Below, in pieces: positions 30,972 to 39,653 of a stretch of 64,000 nt of DNA. The DNA is from Prevotella sp. (GTDB lineage Bacteria; Bacteroidota; Bacteroidia; Bacteroidales; Bacteroidaceae): assembly GCA_017445845.1 (NCBI GenBank), contig JAFSRY010000036.1, positions 18,626-82,625 on the forward strand, read 5' to 3'. Below the pieces are notes generated by a model. That model ran no database searches, was not told the origin of the DNA, and was given only the letters and a program-made list of their open reading frames with translations. The position numbers were made by a program, and so were the translations under genes. Every line of letters begins with the position of its first letter. The first letter of the stretch is position 1.

Positions 30972-31750
30972 AGATAACATTCCTCGGAACAGGAACATCC
31001 GTCGGCGTGCCGGCCATCGGCTGCAACTGCTATACCTGTCGCAGTACCGATCCTCATGACAAACGGCTGCGGTGCTCGGCACTCGTCGAAAGCGACTGCA
31101 CCCGACTGCTCATTGATGTCGGACCCGACTTCCGACAGCAGATGCTGGCACAGCCCTTCAGAAAAATTGATGCCGTGCTGCTCACGCACATCCACTACGA
31201 CCATGTAGGCGGACTCGACGACCTGCGGCCCTTCTGTCAGTTCGGAGAAATCAATATCTATGCCGACCAGATTACTTCCGACGGACTGATGAAGACGGTT
31301 CCTTACTGTTTTGCCGAGAACCGTTATCCTGGCGTGCCTGCCATACAGCTGCACACCCTTACGCCCCATGAACCGATTATCGTCAATGAGTTCACCGTCA
31401 CACCCTTCACCGTGTGGCACGGAAAACTGCCCATCACCGCCTATCGCATCGAAGAACAAGGCGGACCGACACTGGTCTACATCACCGACATGAAGACCAT
31501 CGACGATGCCGAACTGCAATACATAAGCCCACCCCAGCCCTCACTCCTCGTCGTCAATGCCCTGCGCTTTGGAAAAGAGCATTACTCTCACCAACTCGTG
31601 CCCGATGCCATCGACTTCGTCCGTCGAGTGGAAGCTCCGCGCACACTTCTCATCCATAGCTGCCACGACATCGGACGACATGCCGAAGTCAATGCCCTGC
31701 TTCCTCACGACATCAAGCTCGCTTACGACGGCCAGGTGGTAGAAGTGTGA
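30968..31750 (+). CDS. MBL-fold metallo-hydrolase (PhnP-like)
   Basis: FLGTGTS.GVP.IGC.C..C and THIHYDH. Confidence 0.92.
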   Translation: MKITFLGTGTSVGVPAIGCNCYTCRSTDPHDKRLRCSALVESDCTRLLIDVGPDFRQQMLAQPFRKIDAVLLTHIHYDHVGGLDDLRPFCQFGEINIYADQITSDGLMKTVPYCFAENRYPGVPAIQLHTLTPHEPIIVNEFTVTPFTVWHGKLPITAYRIEEQGGPTLVYITDMKTIDDAELQYISPPQPSLLVVNALRFGKEHYSHQLVPDAIDFVRRVEAPRTLLIHSCHDIGRHAEVNALLPHDIKLAYDGQVVEV

Positions 31751-31784
31751 GTCCCGAAATAAAGGTTTCTTCAAAGATAACGTG

Positions 31785-31895
31785 ATGAGCAAGAAGTCAA
31801 TCCGTTTCTTCAACGACAGAGAGGTCCGTGCCGCTTGGGACGAGGAACACAGCGGTGGTGGTTCTCTGCTGCTTTTATCGTGCGGGCCGCTATCC
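31785..31895 (+). pseudogene. Truncated, frameshifted N-terminus of a Bro-N/Fic-type protein
   Basis: MSKKSIRFFNDREVRAAWDEEHS then, after a frameshift, RWWFSAAFIVRA. Sits at the left edge of the AT-rich island. Confidence 0.55.
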
Positions 31896-31930
31896 GGAGA
31901 ACTCGGGAAAGGATGACGCCATGATAGCCT

Positions 31931-32842
31931 TTATGATGGATTTCCTTCTTCAATTGTGAGGTCAAGTTCATGGATGAGCTTATCAAAGGCGCTATTGCAA
32001 GACGGCCCCATGTCCTGCAATGTCTGAAGTCTGCTTTGCTTGAAATTGCGGTAGAAAAGGATGTCGCGATGCAGATAATAGGACTTGTTTTTAATCTTCC
32101 CCCGATGCTTCAGGATCTCAATCCCAATCATGCCGCGCAAATTATTTCCTTTTTCATCCGTGAAGATATGTATTTGCTCATAATTGGTAAATCCGATGGC
32201 AACATCAGGATTGTGCATGTCGGCCCGGCTGCCGATATCTTTCAGCCAAGGCTTTATACAGAATCCCTCCCTCTCATTCCAAATATAGCAGGTCACCACG
32301 ACAGGAATGTTTTTACGGATAGCCAAGGAGCCTATGGAACAAAAATCTGCAGTAGTATCCTGGAGCAGTCTATAATACACTTCATCGAAAAAAAGAATCT
32401 TGATGCCCATAGTATCGATGAATTCCCCTATGAGGTCAACATTTTCTTGTTTATCATACCAGCTGGCCTTCATGATATACAAAGGAGACTCTTTCAGCTT
32501 GCCCAGGAATTCGGCACCCGCTTCCTTATATGCTTCTGACCCCTGGATGTCATGCAGATCTTCCGATTCTATGCTGCAGTAGTACGCAATCAACGACAAA
32601 AGGAATACCCTCTCGCAGGTATCTTCAAGCAATACTAACGTCGGCAACTTTTGGTCAATGGCAATATGGCATACCTGATGAACGACAAATGCCGTCTTAC
32701 AGCTATTCACCTCACCAATGACCGTTGTCACCTCTCCGGGATAATACCCCCTGATGGTCTTGTCAAGACACTCAATACCTGTATTTATAGGTGTTACCTT
32801 CTCGTGAATGATTCCGTCAATTATTTTACTGATGTGTTCCAT
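31931..32842 (-). CDS. DnaB-like helicase C-terminal (RecA-fold) protein, degenerate
   Basis: INTGIECLDKTIRGYYPGEVTTVIG....KT and IEILKHRG; Walker A is atypical (GEVNSCKT). Confidence 0.75.
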   Translation of the reverse strand: MEHISKIIDGIIHEKVTPINTGIECLDKTIRGYYPGEVTTVIGEVNSCKTAFVVHQVCHIAIDQKLPTLVLLEDTCERVFLLSLIAYYCSIESEDLHDIQGSEAYKEAGAEFLGKLKESPLYIMKASWYDKQENVDLIGEFIDTMGIKILFFDEVYYRLLQDTTADFCSIGSLAIRKNIPVVVTCYIWNEREGFCIKPWLKDIGSRADMHNPDVAIGFTNYEQIHIFTDEKGNNLRGMIGIEILKHRGKIKNKSYYLHRDILFYRNFKQSRLQTLQDMGPSCNSAFDKLIHELDLTIEEGNPS

Positions 32843-32877
32843 ATGCTAAGGGTTTGTTAGGAAAATACTAAAAATGA

Positions 32878-33102
32878 TTATGGGAAAAGTGGCAAAGACT
32901 CACCATTAACGATGTCAGCTGAACTATCCTCATATTCCTGAAAGAAAATGTCTGCTGTTGCGTCTTCCAATTCCCCATAGCTGATGTCTGCTGAAGTATC
33001 CTCCAGTTCTTGATAGTTGATGCTCTCATTGTGCAGAGCATCTGAAAGCTTGTTTACTAAGGTCTGAGCCTCTACGTCAATCTTTGAAATCTGAGTCGTC
33101 AT
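32878..33102 (-). CDS. 74-aa acidic protein with three 12-aa repeats
   Basis: YQELEDTSADI / YGELEDATADI / FQEYEDSSADI; promoter motif CAAAGTTA at 33177. Confidence 0.6.
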   Translation of the reverse strand: MTTQISKIDVEAQTLVNKLSDALHNESINYQELEDTSADISYGELEDATADIFFQEYEDSSADIVNGESLPLFP

Positions 33103-33222
33103 AGTATTATCAGTTTCATTCCCACCACTAAGCATTTGCAGCGTCAATCTCGAGGTGGTTTCGATGATTGACGCTGCAAAGTTAAGGTGAATTTCACAGT
33201 CTTGCAAGAAAAACAACCTTGT

Positions 33223-33249
33223 GAACGGTTCCTTTCTACTTGGAACCGT
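33223..33249 (-). terminator. Hairpin at the distal end of the CRISPR array
   Basis: aacggttcc-tttctactt-ggaaccgtt. Confidence 0.5.
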
Positions 33250-33250
33250 T

Positions 33251-33787
33251 TATGAAATCCTTATTCTAATGGAATATGCTCTTTGAGTCGGAGGAGCATT
33301 TGACGAAGACGGTCAATTCTTTTAGTCTTAATCCTTATTCTAATGGAATGAAGATAGAACAGTATTATTAACAAATAAAAAAATGAAAAGAGAAAGTCTT
33401 AATCCTTATTCTAATGGAATGAAGATAGAACCAATTTCTTATTAATTCATATTATGAAACTTAATTGTCTTAATCCTTATTCTAATGGAATGAAGATAGA
33501 ACCCTTATTGTTAAATTATATGGGAAAATTAGTATCGTCTTAATCCTTATTCTAATGGAATGAAGATAGAACAAATATTATTAATTAAAAACTACAATTA
33601 TGAAAACACTGTCTTAATCCTTATTCTAATGGAATGAAGATAGAACAAAACTCAATGAAAAATTTTTGAAATATGCTGCAAGTCTTAATCCTTATTCTAA
33701 TGGAATGAAGATAGAACAAAAAAAATTATTAAGTTTATTTTTATGCCATTCGTCTTAATCCTTATTCTAATGGAATGAAGATAGAAC
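33251..33787 (-). CRISPR. Type III CRISPR array: 7 identical 36-nt repeats + 1 divergent distal repeat, 7 spacers of 34-38 nt
   Basis: GTCTTAATCCTTATTCTAATGGAATGAAGATAGAAC at 33325, 33396, 33467, 33537, 33611, 33682, 33752. The minus strand ends in ATTAAGAC (type III 5' handle) and the AT-rich leader is on the right. Confidence 0.97.
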
Positions 33788-34200
33788 AATCCTTTTATCT
33801 AATGATTTAAAGAACATCATTGTCTTTTCTATCTTTCTTACGACCTTTATTCTCAACAATTTAACTTCCATAATCTCAGATTTTCGCAAATACTATGCTT
33901 TTTCATTGTCAAATGCTGGGTTTTTATACATTATAATTCTGCTATCTTATTAATTATCAATTGATTAACCTATCTAAAAAGTTCGCAAATGATTCGTTTA
34001 GAATCTGTTTGACGGGTTCTTGCGAAATCTGCTCACAATTTCATTGGGTTTCCACTATGCAAAATTAGTCATTTTTCGCAAGAAATCCAAGAATATTGTC
34101 ATTTTTATCTTTTGCGAAGAAAATCCATTTCATGGGAAAGTTCTCAAAAACTTAAGTTCCTCATAATGAGCAGAATAACCAAAAACGATTTTTCGCAAAT
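33788..34200 (-). promoter_or_regulatory. CRISPR leader
   Basis: AT-rich; CAAAATTA promoter motif at 34060; repeated TTCGCAA motifs. Confidence 0.7.
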
Positions 34201-34266
34201 GTTTTGCCATTCAAATGTGTACCAATAAGTCAAAGACCGCTTCAGCGAGTAAAGAATGAAAGCATA

Positions 34267-34682
34267 CTATATTACTACAATCTTAACTGGTTCTTTCATC
34301 TTCACAGGTGGGATGTACTCAATTCGTCTCCTTTCCCCGGTCTATATGCAAAACTGTTAGGGAGGAAAAGTCGTTCAAAACGTGGCTCAATAATCTTTCT
34401 GATGGCTTGTTGGACTATTTTATCCCTCACAGCAGCCATTCCCAAAACACGCATCTCATTTGGATCCTTTGTCTTCGGAATGGAAATTTGCAAATAGGGT
34501 TGCGGTTTCCATTCACCTGCGATCAAGTCTTCACGGAGTGTCCTAATATGTGTAATCTTCTCCTTGTTAAACTCCTCTATCGTTACCCCGTCAACACCCC
34601 CTGCCGAGCCTTTCGACTTGACAACATTCCATGCATCGTATAGCGTGGCTTCCTGACAGAGGGTGTTGAACTGAGTGGACAT
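34267..34682 (-). pseudogene. Truncated CRISPR-associated reverse transcriptase (RT-Cas1 5' part) joined to a probable cas2 3' end
   Basis: RT0-RT2 motifs (AW..VK..GSAGGVDG, IPK...R.LG...VRDKIVQQA, FAYRPGKG) break off abruptly; another frame continues RRIEYIPPVKMKEPVKIVVI*. Confidence 0.75.
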
Positions 34683-34686
34683 AAGG

Positions 34687-35748
34687 CTATTTGTTATTAT
34701 CTTCCAACGTGTCTAATGCTTGAGACAGCAAATTGTGGAGAGGAACCTGTGCTTTATCCACTTCTTTCAGCTTGTCCTTTTCATCAAGTCTTGTATCCTG
34801 ACTATAGTAGTACAATGACCGGTTGCCGTCAATAGCCATTAAAGTCATTAATGAACCGACGATACCAGTTCCTGGTGTTAAATTGAAATACAACCTATTG
34901 TCCTTTGTATCTTTTGCTTTAACATATTTGTCAACAATTTCAAAGCATAGGTCAAACTGATTATAGTCTGCCTCTTGTTCTGAGAACTTAATCTTAAGAC
35001 CATCAGGTATCCATTTCTTTTCAGGGAACATATCCATTGCAACCATCTTTATTAGATATTCCAGTTTTTCATTTATCGGTGCATTTGTTCCTAAAACTTT
35101 AGCCATAGGGTGTTCCTTTTTAGGCATCTTAATTAATATTTCTTTTAAGTATTGGTCATAGTTCCTTTTGATCTTTTCTTGTTCATTTTTATCAGAGTAA
35201 TAGCTGCTATTCAGCACATATAGTTCACAACTTGTATCTTTATCGTCAGTCAATTGAAGCATTCTGACAAGCGGTGTTAAGTTATGGTTAAAAGGGTTAA
35301 TAGCAGATATGCCAGATATGAAGACCTTTTGAGGGATCTTACTTTTCTGCTTACGACCGTCAGGGAAAAAACAGATAAGAGTAACCAATCCAAAAACACA
35401 AACACAAGTCGCTTTAATAGCATCCCATAGATTTTGATCAGGCATATACAGACTCATCATTGTATTTGTAAGCCATCCAATATGGATAACAAACAATAAA
35501 AGATAAATAGTACCAAGTCTTTTGGGGACTATAGCATTAGCAAGGAGTTTGGTAAGAATAACGCTCCTGAAATTAAAACTATAGTTGAAGCATTGCCCTA
35601 CAATCCATAGAACAAAAACACAAACAATTGTAGTTATTGCCCATGGCTCCCAGCAACTCCAGTTTCCTCGAATGCCCCTTAGGGCAAAATACTCACCTAG
35701 TATTAATAGAACAAGAGCTATCCAGCTATAATAATCACGATAATTCAT
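34687..35748 (-). CDS. Membrane-anchored CARF-like effector (about 4 TM + CARF)
   Basis: Four hydrophobic N-terminal segments, then KVFISGIS...LYFNLTPGTGIVGSLMTL...LYYYSQ (CARF-like); last intact gene of the cas operon. Confidence 0.65.
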   Translation of the reverse strand: MNYRDYYSWIALVLLILGEYFALRGIRGNWSCWEPWAITTIVCVFVLWIVGQCFNYSFNFRSVILTKLLANAIVPKRLGTIYLLLFVIHIGWLTNTMMSLYMPDQNLWDAIKATCVCVFGLVTLICFFPDGRKQKSKIPQKVFISGISAINPFNHNLTPLVRMLQLTDDKDTSCELYVLNSSYYSDKNEQEKIKRNYDQYLKEILIKMPKKEHPMAKVLGTNAPINEKLEYLIKMVAMDMFPEKKWIPDGLKIKFSEQEADYNQFDLCFEIVDKYVKAKDTKDNRLYFNLTPGTGIVGSLMTLMAIDGNRSLYYYSQDTRLDEKDKLKEVDKAQVPLHNLLSQALDTLEDNNK

Positions 35749-35756
35749 ATCACTAT

Positions 35757-36110
35757 TTAATATTCTCTAAACTGTACAAATTTAAATTCTGATATTTTCT
35801 TTCCATCAGGAGTCATGATGGTGTTACGTTCTGTAGTAGAAGCAATACAGATGATGTCCAGTTCCTTAAGGGCGCATACTATATTATAAGTAAATGTCAT
35901 TTCACCCATCACATGCACAACAGTTTTTTCTTCCTTAATTCCCATGATGACCTCTGTGCACTCTTTTACAAGGTAGAGTATTTCTTGCTTTGAATATGCG
36001 GGCTCAATAATTGGGAAAGAAAGATCAACAATTTCCCCATAGTAGTGAGCTGCTTGAATTTGCTCCTCACTCCAGTTTTCAGATGGATGGTTTGTCAGAT
36101 TGATGAACAT
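35757..36110 (-). CDS. Small CRISPR-associated protein, Csx15/Csx20-like putative ring nuclease
   Basis: MFINLTNHPS..W...Q, VHVMGEMTF, STTER, F.FVQFREY; lies between two CARF effectors. Confidence 0.65.
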   Translation of the reverse strand: MFINLTNHPSENWSEEQIQAAHYYGEIVDLSFPIIEPAYSKQEILYLVKECTEVIMGIKEEKTVVHVMGEMTFTYNIVCALKELDIICIASTTERNTIMTPDGKKISEFKFVQFREY

Positions 36111-36113
36111 AAA

Positions 36114-37487
36114 TTACGATTTTGAATAAGGTTGAAATATTCCTCTAAAAAATTTGAGCCCTTCTTTTAAGTCTTTGAGGATTTCAGAATAAGATTTAGG
36201 AGATTCTCTGTCAATATCATGAGCAATTGTGTTTCGGTCAAGATTGACATTATCGTAATAGCTATTGAAAAGACTAAATACTATATCTTCATTTTTCATC
36301 AAAGTTTCAAGATCCTTACGGAGTTTTTCAATGCTTTTGAGTCCTCGGTCTTCTTGGGCATAGTTGAGAGCTCTTCTAATTGCTTTCCTTTTTACATTTG
36401 GGAGTATTTCTCCTTTTTTATTTCTTTTCTGATAGCCTTTCTTATCTACAACTAATTCAGTAGGAATATAGTTATCTGGCACTAATTCACAACAAAAACT
36501 TAATGCTGATTCTACCAAGTTTATTAAAGCATAACCATAATTGTGATGTTTCTCATGCCACTCAGCCATACGAAATTGGTAGATATACTCGTTAAGTGAT
36601 AAAGGGAATCGTTTTGCAAACTTACTAATAATATCTGGTATCAATAATTTCCCAATATCAGGAAGATTCTTACAATCCATTAATAGAGAGAGTTCCTTTA
36701 TACCAGTTCTAAATTCGCGTAACTGATTTAAATTTTTTGCATCAGCAAATCTGAGAAGTTGCTTACCAGAATTAGTATAAAGTCCAGATGAATCTTTCTC
36801 GAGCAATTTGGTTATTTTATAGGTATTCCCAAATTCTTGAAAATTGTAAGCTCCTATTATCCAGTCGTTAACATCCAAAATAGTAGTCAAGTCAACAATG
36901 GGGGCATATCCTAATTCATTCCTCATCTCAAACATGCCATAGTAGATATGGGATACGGTAATGCCTTTGACATTTTTCAGGAAAATAAGCAGTTGCATGA
37001 TGTAAATGGGCAAGGAACGAAAAGAATGAGTTACATCTACAACCAATTCGTCATCTTTATTAAAATATTGTGCTAAGCCCAATATAATTCTTATGTTTTC
37101 CTTTATTTCCAGCTCATTTGAGCCATATTTAATCAGTACTATCTTGGATTCACTGCCCAAACTTTTTTCTACCACATCTTTGTGTGGAAATTCCAATGGG
37201 CTTTTTGAATTGGCTTCATCGCAGTACACACCCATCTCAATGTGAATATCGGGATCAAAATCTTGGGAAGGTGTGAAAATCTTATAGATTTCCTCCCACA
37301 TAGAATGTACGCTGCCAATCAAAACTATATTGTCAATTTTGAAATGCTCTTTTAACGCTGCACCTACGAATGAGTAATTTCCCAGGTCTTCATCATCAAG
37401 ATGATAGTGTATTGGAGAATATTCTCGCCTCGATTTATCAGCAAAGATACCTGTTCCCAAAAAAGAAATTAATACGCGTTTCCCCAT
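36114..37487 (-). CDS. csx1: Csx1/TM1812-family CARF-HEPN ribonuclease
   Basis: LISFLGTG, DVTHSFRSLP, YYGMFE, HEPN motif RNTIAH. Confidence 0.88.
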   Translation of the reverse strand: MGKRVLISFLGTGIFADKSRREYSPIHYHLDDEDLGNYSFVGAALKEHFKIDNIVLIGSVHSMWEEIYKIFTPSQDFDPDIHIEMGVYCDEANSKSPLEFPHKDVVEKSLGSESKIVLIKYGSNELEIKENIRIILGLAQYFNKDDELVVDVTHSFRSLPIYIMQLLIFLKNVKGITVSHIYYGMFEMRNELGYAPIVDLTTILDVNDWIIGAYNFQEFGNTYKITKLLEKDSSGLYTNSGKQLLRFADAKNLNQLREFRTGIKELSLLMDCKNLPDIGKLLIPDIISKFAKRFPLSLNEYIYQFRMAEWHEKHHNYGYALINLVESALSFCCELVPDNYIPTELVVDKKGYQKRNKKGEILPNVKRKAIRRALNYAQEDRGLKSIEKLRKDLETLMKNEDIVFSLFNSYYDNVNLDRNTIAHDIDRESPKSYSEILKDLKEGLKFFRGIFQPYSKS

Positions 37488-37489
37488 AA

Positions 37490-38596
37490 TTAAAGCACTG
37501 ATAATTTAACAAAACCCATTAATTGAAGTCCTTTATTGTATTCTACTATCTTGCGTGATTTATAAAGAGGTATCTTGGTTTCTGCCCCGTTAATATATTT
37601 TGTCCTATATCCCGTATCTATAAAGTCATCGTATTTCCAGTCGCCTGTAATAGAATGGAAGCCACTGCCTGCTGACATTTTCAGTATACAGTAAGAGTTC
37701 TTCTTTTGTACTAAATCCAACATATCTTCAATGAACTCCAGAATCTCGTCTGTTCTCTCTGCATCTTTGTAATGTTCAAAGAATTCCTTTTCTTTCAACA
37801 GATAATCCCATGTAATGTCATTGACGAATCCGAACAAAGATTCTATCCCGCCATTCAACAATTCTTTCTTAGCATCTGCATATTTGACTTTAAGACTTAG
37901 TTTCGGATCCTGTAGAACTGTTTCGAAAGCATCTGCAGAAAACTTAATGGTACCCCTACCTGATTGTCCAGGAGGGATGCACTCATAAAGGGTATTGAAT
38001 CCTGAGGGCTGATAATCTTTAGATGTGAAGTTGTTGGCATGTTTCCAACCTCCATGCCACTCATTCCTATTCCTTTCTTTCCACAAGTTGAAAAGTCTGG
38101 TATTCACAAGACTGGTAGATTGCATTTCAATATCACCTACTTGTATGAATTGCATAAAGTCAGTTCCGTACCTTTCTCTGATGCTACCTAAAACCGAAGT
38201 ATCGTTTTGCTCATCCTGCCTAAATCGGGAAAAAAGTATCGAGCGAAGTGCCCCTTTCAGCGAACTTCCTGCTACAAGGGGCTTATCGTGAAACTGGCTA
38301 CGGAGGAATGACTTTATAGGATTTACAGAAAGGGCAGGTAGGCAGAATATATACCTTGATGTATCATCCAACTGATTTCCCAACAATTCACAAATACCCT
38401 TTTCGTCAGCAGAGGCGAGTAATTTGGAAAGACAATCAATGTCGGTTCCATGGGCAACAGCTTTTTGTAAGTCCAGAATATAGACTTTGCCGTTTTTTAC
38501 AACATAATCAACGCCTCGAATCCATTCGTTTTCGTTACCAGCACCTACAGTAAGTGGAGTTAATACCTCCATGTTGATATCATATCTTTTATTCAT
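37490..38596 (-). CDS. csm5: Type III-A RAMP Csm5
   Basis: LTPLTVGAG, GSSLKGALRS, GSGFHSITG, MGFVKL. Confidence 0.88.
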   Translation of the reverse strand: MNKRYDINMEVLTPLTVGAGNENEWIRGVDYVVKNGKVYILDLQKAVAHGTDIDCLSKLLASADEKGICELLGNQLDDTSRYIFCLPALSVNPIKSFLRSQFHDKPLVAGSSLKGALRSILFSRFRQDEQNDTSVLGSIRERYGTDFMQFIQVGDIEMQSTSLVNTRLFNLWKERNRNEWHGGWKHANNFTSKDYQPSGFNTLYECIPPGQSGRGTIKFSADAFETVLQDPKLSLKVKYADAKKELLNGGIESLFGFVNDITWDYLLKEKEFFEHYKDAERTDEILEFIEDMLDLVQKKNSYCILKMSAGSGFHSITGDWKYDDFIDTGYRTKYINGAETKIPLYKSRKIVEYNKGLQLMGFVKLSVL

Positions 38597-39639
38597 AGGC
38601 GATTGTTGATAATTATAGGAAGTGTAATTGAGTGACCATTACGCCAGACTGGATGGTTAATACTGATGTCTTGAGCGTGTGGAGTCAGATCTATTATTCG
38701 TCCCATACTTTCCTTATTTTCCGTTCTACGGAAAACAGAGCCTGGCAGGAAAGCATACACAGCATTCTTTCGATAAGAATGATACGGATAGGTAGTTATC
38801 CAACCTCCACGACGAGTAAAGTCATAGGCTACATGTTCAGAGGCCAACAACTGACTCAATTGTTCTTTGGACTCGGGTATAAACATTGACAGCGACACCT
38901 GATGGTCTGCGCCAGATGGTGTTTCTATCTCCATCTTCAATGGAGTACCGTCCTCGCGTTTTGTTATCGTGTCAAAGAAACCAAAGCCCACATAACGGTC
39001 TGTACCGATTCCCTCCATTTCAAGAATTCTTATAGCTTTGTCAAGTCTTGAAGTGTCATCACCTGATACAAGGAAATATAGACCGGAAGCATCACAAAAC
39101 GTGATACGATCGACATAGTATGGTTTAGCATCGTTATGACCAGCCCTATCTTTAACAGCCACTCGTTGCATAACCTCTGATTTTATGAATTCTTTTGAGC
39201 CAGAAGCATCCTCTGGAAGCGAAGCCTTTGTCAGATACGTTCCTTGTATAAGATGAAGATCGTTTCCATTTCCATGAAAGAAGCTGTGTCCTTTCAGCAA
39301 CTGAGGATAGAGTCTGGCATCAACCCATCTTACTTTCTTCACCTTTTTGGCATTTGCAGGGTCGGAAAACTGCGGCAATGAGGACTGAAGAGGCATCGGC
39401 AAGAAATAGATTGCTTCACTTTTCTCGTCTTGTTGGTAGTATGGGAAAAGATCACTAATGATGCAACCCAAATTACCATTTTCAGGAATCTGCTCACCCA
39501 CCTTTGCCAAACAGGCTATCAGTGCAGCATGAAACGTGTCGGAATGTATCGTTTTCTGACTGACGCTTGCATCTTCACGTAAATCGCTGATATGCAGAGG
39601 GGCTTTGAAATGCAGTTTGTAGATTTTAAATTTTGCCAT
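38593..39639 (-). CDS. csm4: Type III-A RAMP Csm4
   Basis: IHSDTF..ALI, GIGTDRYVGFGFF, RRGGW, PGSVF. Confidence 0.9.
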   Translation of the reverse strand: MAKFKIYKLHFKAPLHISDLREDASVSQKTIHSDTFHAALIACLAKVGEQIPENGNLGCIISDLFPYYQQDEKSEAIYFLPMPLQSSLPQFSDPANAKKVKKVRWVDARLYPQLLKGHSFFHGNGNDLHLIQGTYLTKASLPEDASGSKEFIKSEVMQRVAVKDRAGHNDAKPYYVDRITFCDASGLYFLVSGDDTSRLDKAIRILEMEGIGTDRYVGFGFFDTITKREDGTPLKMEIETPSGADHQVSLSMFIPESKEQLSQLLASEHVAYDFTRRGGWITTYPYHSYRKNAVYAFLPGSVFRRTENKESMGRIIDLTPHAQDISINHPVWRNGHSITLPIIINNRL

Positions 39640-39653
39640 AGTAACACAAACCA

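Noticed and set aside
33361-33751. Self-targeting of genes in this window
   Set aside because: By eye only short partial matches (e.g. acaattatgaaaa near 10228); no full protospacer found.
34302-34682. RT fragment as a group II intron, retron or DGR RT
   Set aside because: It follows the last cas gene by 4 bp in the same orientation, at the usual RT-cas1 position; I saw no intron RNA, msr/msd or template repeat.
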